A stretch of DNA of 64,000 nt from Candidatus Acetothermia bacterium (GTDB lineage: Bacteria; Bipolaricaulota; Bipolaricaulia; Bipolaricaulales; Bipolaricaulaceae): contig PWTL01000087.1 in NCBI GenBank assembly GCA_003562845.1, positions 1,216-65,215 of the forward strand, read 5' to 3'. Of the stretch, positions 61,094-64,000 are shown in pieces. The notes beneath the pieces were generated by a model that saw only the letters and a program-made list of their open reading frames with translations, had not been told where the DNA came from and made no database searches. A program made the position numbers and the translations under genes. Every line of letters starts with the position of its first letter. Position 1 is the stretch's first letter.

Positions 61094-61619
61094 GGGCCTG
61101 GACGATTTGATCCGTGAAGCGTTGCAGGAGGAAAGGGCCGAGTCCCGCGAGTTACTGGACGGGCTGGAGCGTGCTGTGACAGTCAAGCTGGCTGCGCACA
61201 CTCCCGGCCGGTATTGGTGGCGGCGCCTGCGGGAAGCCCTGTGGGGCTCCCGGGTTGCCATGCGTTTTGCCGTGGGGAGCGCTGCGGCCCTGGCGCTCGT
61301 CGTGGGTTTCCTCGCCGGGCGGATGTGGGTTCCTGGGGGAGCGCCCTGGGAGGAGGGCGGGGGAACCGTGTTTGCTGTCGCCGCCCCGCGGGCTGAGAGC
61401 GTGGCCGTTGTGGGAGATTTCTCCGCTTGGGAGCTCGTCCGCCTGGAGGACCGCGACGGGAGTGGTGTGTGGACCGCAGTACTGGAACTGCCCCCGGGCC
61501 GGTACGAGTATGCCTTCTTGGTGGATGGCCGGTGGGTGGGCCAGGATCCGGTGGCCGACGAGTACGTGCGCAGCTTTGGCGAGTACGCCTCTGTACGCTA
61601 TGTGGAGCGTGGTTCATGA
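61083..61619 (+). CDS. Putative anti-sigma factor: single TM with extracytoplasmic CBM48/E-set (AMPK-glycogen-binding-like) domain
   Basis: Overlaps the sigma gene by 11 nt. Central TM AVGSAAALALVVGFLAG. The C-terminal VAVVGDFSAWELVRLEDRDGSGVWTAVLELPPGRYEYAFLVDGRW matches the CBM48 pattern. There is no ZAS motif. Confidence 0.55.
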   Translation: MRYEGLDDLIREALQEERAESRELLDGLERAVTVKLAAHTPGRYWWRRLREALWGSRVAMRFAVGSAAALALVVGFLAGRMWVPGGAPWEEGGGTVFAVAAPRAESVAVVGDFSAWELVRLEDRDGSGVWTAVLELPPGRYEYAFLVDGRWVGQDPVADEYVRSFGEYASVRYVERGS

Positions 61620-62302
61620 GGCTGCTTGGCGCGTGTGTCGCGCTGTTGGCGCTGGTGGTTACCGGGCTGACGCAGACACCTCCCTTGGCGCAGGCACCTC
61701 CCCAGATCGAGTTAGACCAGGTCTTGAACCTCCTGCACGCGATGCCGGCGGACCCAGGGTTGAAGAAGTCTGCTGCTTCCGCTCTCAGGGAGGTTGTGCA
61801 AGCTGGATGGGATTTGCCGCTGAATGTGCACAGCTACCTGGACAGAGCAGGGCAGCTTGCGCCGGGGGAGGCCAACGATGCGCTGCGGATACTCACCAGA
61901 GGGTTGGAGGCCGGACTGTCAGTGGATCGGCTTCTGAGCAGGGCCCTCCTGGGATGGCGTCGGGAGAGACCCTGGGGGGAGATTCTCGGTGAGTTGAGCT
62001 TCAGGCTCGGCATGTTGTTGGCTGCACAGGAAGTGGTTATGGAAGTGAGGGTTGCAGTGGAAATCTGCCCGGCAACCATCCGCGAGGTCGTTGCGGAGGT
62101 CGGTTGGGCGGTGGCCGATCACATCGCAGAGGGTGGGAGCCCGGCGGACGGCGCCGGGATGACATCGCGGGTGCGGAGCAGTCTGTCCAACCTGCGCAGT
62201 GTGGCCCCGTGCGAGCGCACGGTGGACGCGGTGCTGGAGGCCTTGACCCCGGACATGGTCGCCGGGATCGTGGCGCGGGCCTTGGCACAAGAAGGGAGAT
62301 AA
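61616..62302 (+). CDS. Hypothetical secreted protein
   Basis: ATGA overlap with the anti-sigma gene. Signal-like N-terminus MRLLGACVALLALVVTGLTQTPPLAQA. Helical, with no recognised family. Confidence 0.5.
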   Translation: MRLLGACVALLALVVTGLTQTPPLAQAPPQIELDQVLNLLHAMPADPGLKKSAASALREVVQAGWDLPLNVHSYLDRAGQLAPGEANDALRILTRGLEAGLSVDRLLSRALLGWRRERPWGEILGELSFRLGMLLAAQEVVMEVRVAVEICPATIREVVAEVGWAVADHIAEGGSPADGAGMTSRVRSSLSNLRSVAPCERTVDAVLEALTPDMVAGIVARALAQEGR

Positions 62303-62305
62303 CCG

Positions 62306-64000
62306 ATGCGTAAGACAATGCTGTGGCTGTTGTTGGTAGCGGTGCTTGGGGCGGTCGCCCTGGGTCAGGTGGAGCCTCGGGGGATCATCATCGAACCCCC
62401 AGAGCCGGATGGACTAACGGTGAGCGTGTGGACGGACAAACCTGTGTACCAGGTGGGAGACACCGCCCGGATTCATTTTGAGATCAACAGGGCCGCTTAC
62501 ATCTATATCTGGGACATCCGCCCCGATGGCGAGGTGGTGCGGATCTTCCCCAACCAGTACGACACGCAGAACTACTTCCAGGCCGGAACGCACACCGTCC
62601 CCACTCCAGGAAAGACCTACCAATTCCGGGTGGATCCGCCCCTGGGCACTGAGTGGCTACAGATCCTGGCTTTGACGAAGCCTTTCCCGTTCCAGCAGCT
62701 GGGGGAGGATCCTGATGAGCTGCAGGCACAAGTGTTGGGGCTGATTCCCGAGGCGGCCGAGGAGGCGTTCGACTTCACCAGCTTCGAGATAGTGGGTGCC
62801 GCCCCGCCTGCGCCGGGCACGTTGCGGGTAGTAACCACCCCCAGCTTGGCGAGGTTGTACGTGGACGGCGTGTTCCGGGGCTGGACTACGCGAGAGCTGC
62901 AGCTGGCCCCCGGTACGTACCGGATTCTCCTGCGCAAGGACGGCTACCAGGATCACACTGCGCAGGTGACGATCACCGCGGGCCGGACGCGCACGATGAT
63001 GGTCGATCTTCAGCCCGTGCGGGTGAACAGGCCGCCGGTGGCCCGATTTGCCTATACTCCCTCTGAGCCGAGGCCCGGCGATTGGGTGCGGTTCGACGCT
63101 GCGGAGTCGTACGATCCCGATGGGTCCATCGTTCGCTATGAGTGGGACTTCGACGATGACGGCAGGGTCGATGCGACCGGGCAAGTAGCGTTCCGCCGCT
63201 TTACCAGTGCCGGCCGATATGTTGTGCGCCTCAGGGTGACCGACGATCAGGGTGCCACGGCCGACACCACGCGGACGATTACGGTAGGCGATCCCAACCA
63301 GGCCCCGGTGGCCAGGTTTGAGTTCAGCCCTGAACAGCCGAGCCCGAACCAATGGGTGCGGTTCGACGCCGCGGAATCGTACGATCCCGATGGATCCATC
63401 GTTCGCTATGAGTGGGACATCGGCGCTGACGGCACTGTGGACGGCACAGGTCAGGTGTTCTTCTACAGGTTCACCACCAGCGGACCGCGCTCGGTGCGGC
63501 TGATCGTCACCGACGACCAGGGAGCCACTGGAGAGACCACGAGCACGATTCGCGTGGGCGTGGTGAACCGGCCGCCCGTAGCGCAGTTCACCTTCAGCCC
63601 GGCGAACCCGTTCGCAGGGATGAGCGTGACCTTCGACGCTTCTGACTCCTACGACCCCGACGGGTCTATCGTTTCCTATCGTTGGGACCTCACCGGCGAC
63701 GGGACCATCAACCGCACCGGCCGCGTGGTCAGTTGGACATACACCAGGGAAGGCACCTATCAGGCTACCCTGTACGTCACCGATAACCAGGGGGCCACGG
63801 CGCAGACTACCCAAGTAGTGCGGGTAATGCGCTTCGTGAGCCCGCTTCCTCCGGGGATGCCGAACATGGGGACCACCCCGGGGATCTACGTGTGGGGCAC
63901 CGACACGTGGAACATCACCGTGAACGGTTCCCCGCTGTGGGGAAGCCCCCGCCCGTACCGCATTGAGCTGCGCACCGACGGTCGCTTCGTGGGAGTGACC
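62306..64000 (+). CDS. Secreted multidomain protein (DUF4384-like, PEGA, at least three PKD repeats); 3' end outside the window
   Basis: Not in the ORF track because no stop occurs before the window end. My own translation from ATG 62306 (GAAGGGAG RBS upstream) is open to 64000. It reads a signal peptide MRKTMLWLLLVAVLGAVALG; VYQVGDTARIHFEINRAAYIYIWDIRPDGEVVRIFPN (DUF4384-like); LRVVTTPSLARLYVDGVF...YRILLRKDGYQD (PEGA); then 90-aa PKD repeats. Confidence 0.75.
   Translation, partial: MRKTMLWLLLVAVLGAVALGQVEPRGIIIEPPEPDGLTVSVWTDKPVYQVGDTARIHFEINRAAYIYIWDIRPDGEVVRIFPNQYDTQNYFQAGTHTVPTPGKTYQFRVDPPLGTEWLQILALTKPFPFQQLGEDPDELQAQVLGLIPEAAEEAFDFTSFEIVGAAPPAPGTLRVVTTPSLARLYVDGVFRGWTTRELQLAPGTYRILLRKDGYQDHTAQVTITAGRTRTMMVDLQPVRVNRPPVARFAYTPSEPRPGDWVRFDAAESYDPDGSIVRYEWDFDDDGRVDATGQVAFRRFTSAGRYVVRLRVTDDQGATADTTRTITVGDPNQAPVARFEFSPEQPSPNQWVRFDAAESYDPDGSIVRYEWDIGADGTVDGTGQVFFYRFTTSGPRSVRLIVTDDQGATGETTSTIRVGVVNRPPVAQFTFSPANPFAGMSVTFDASDSYDPDGSIVSYRWDLTGDGTINRTGRVVSWTYTREGTYQATLYVTDNQGATAQTTQVVRVMRFVSPLPPGMPNMGTTPGIYVWGTDTWNITVNGSPLWGSPRPYRIELRTDGRFVGVT
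63083..63418 (+). repeat. Near-identical 66-nt segments in adjacent PKD repeats (period 270 nt)
   Basis: 63083-63148 and 63353-63418 differ at 3 of 66 positions, all synonymous third positions (gct/gcc, gag/gaa, ggg/gga). The remainder of the two repeats is much more diverged. Confidence 0.75.

Overview
Visibly GC-rich bacterial chromosomal segment. I saw no rRNA, CRISPR array, transposase or integrase. All calls come from reading motifs by eye in the supplied ORF translations and the DNA; no database search was possible.

The window covers the replication-origin neighbourhood. dnaA (13452-14789, minus) is followed by six DnaA-box 9-mers (13238-13450) and a DUF721/DciA-like gene, and preceded by a six-tRNA array. 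Coding-strand polarity flips here: mostly minus strand to the left, then an almost unbroken plus-strand run from 15.6 to 51 kb.

Left arm: VapBC and MNT/HEPN toxin-antitoxin pairs flank an ABC-2 exporter. These are followed by an internally deleted methyltransferase, galE, a glucose-1-P thymidylyltransferase, metK, thrS and hslVU.

Right arm: rarA, a MoaD-like protein, an IclR regulator, an orphan sugar ABC ATPase, TauE, a decayed kdgK pseudogene and a decayed HEPN/MNT pair.

The stand-out feature follows: a 14.8-kb, 16-gene, translationally coupled cluster (21587-36358). Its gene order is 2-oxoacid:ferredoxin oxidoreductase gamma, HdrA, MvhD, [NiFe] hydrogenase small and large subunits, maturation protease, HdrC, HdrB, FrdB-like, FrdA-like, Kor delta/alpha/beta, two-subunit class I fumarase, malic enzyme. 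I interpret this as a candidate H2-driven, electron-bifurcating soluble fumarate reductase wired to a reductive C3-C4-C5 carbon branch.

Downstream lie rmuC, a ManC-PGI/PMI fusion, a geranylgeranyl-reductase-family flavoprotein, an O-antigen-ligase/TPR protein and secA. Then come a CIRCE-controlled hrcA-grpE-dnaK-dnaJ operon, secG-oppDF-rdgB, pyrG, an lptC-like gene with lptB, and back-to-back lgt/lnt. The window ends with an ECF sigma/anti-sigma module surrounded by PKD-repeat surface proteins; the last gene runs off the window.

A short palindromic (REP-like) repeat family (stems CGTCGSAG/CTSCGACG, flank GCTAC) occurs at two loci. One copy sits in frame inside the hydrogenase maturation protease gene. 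The other forms the 3' end of lgt.
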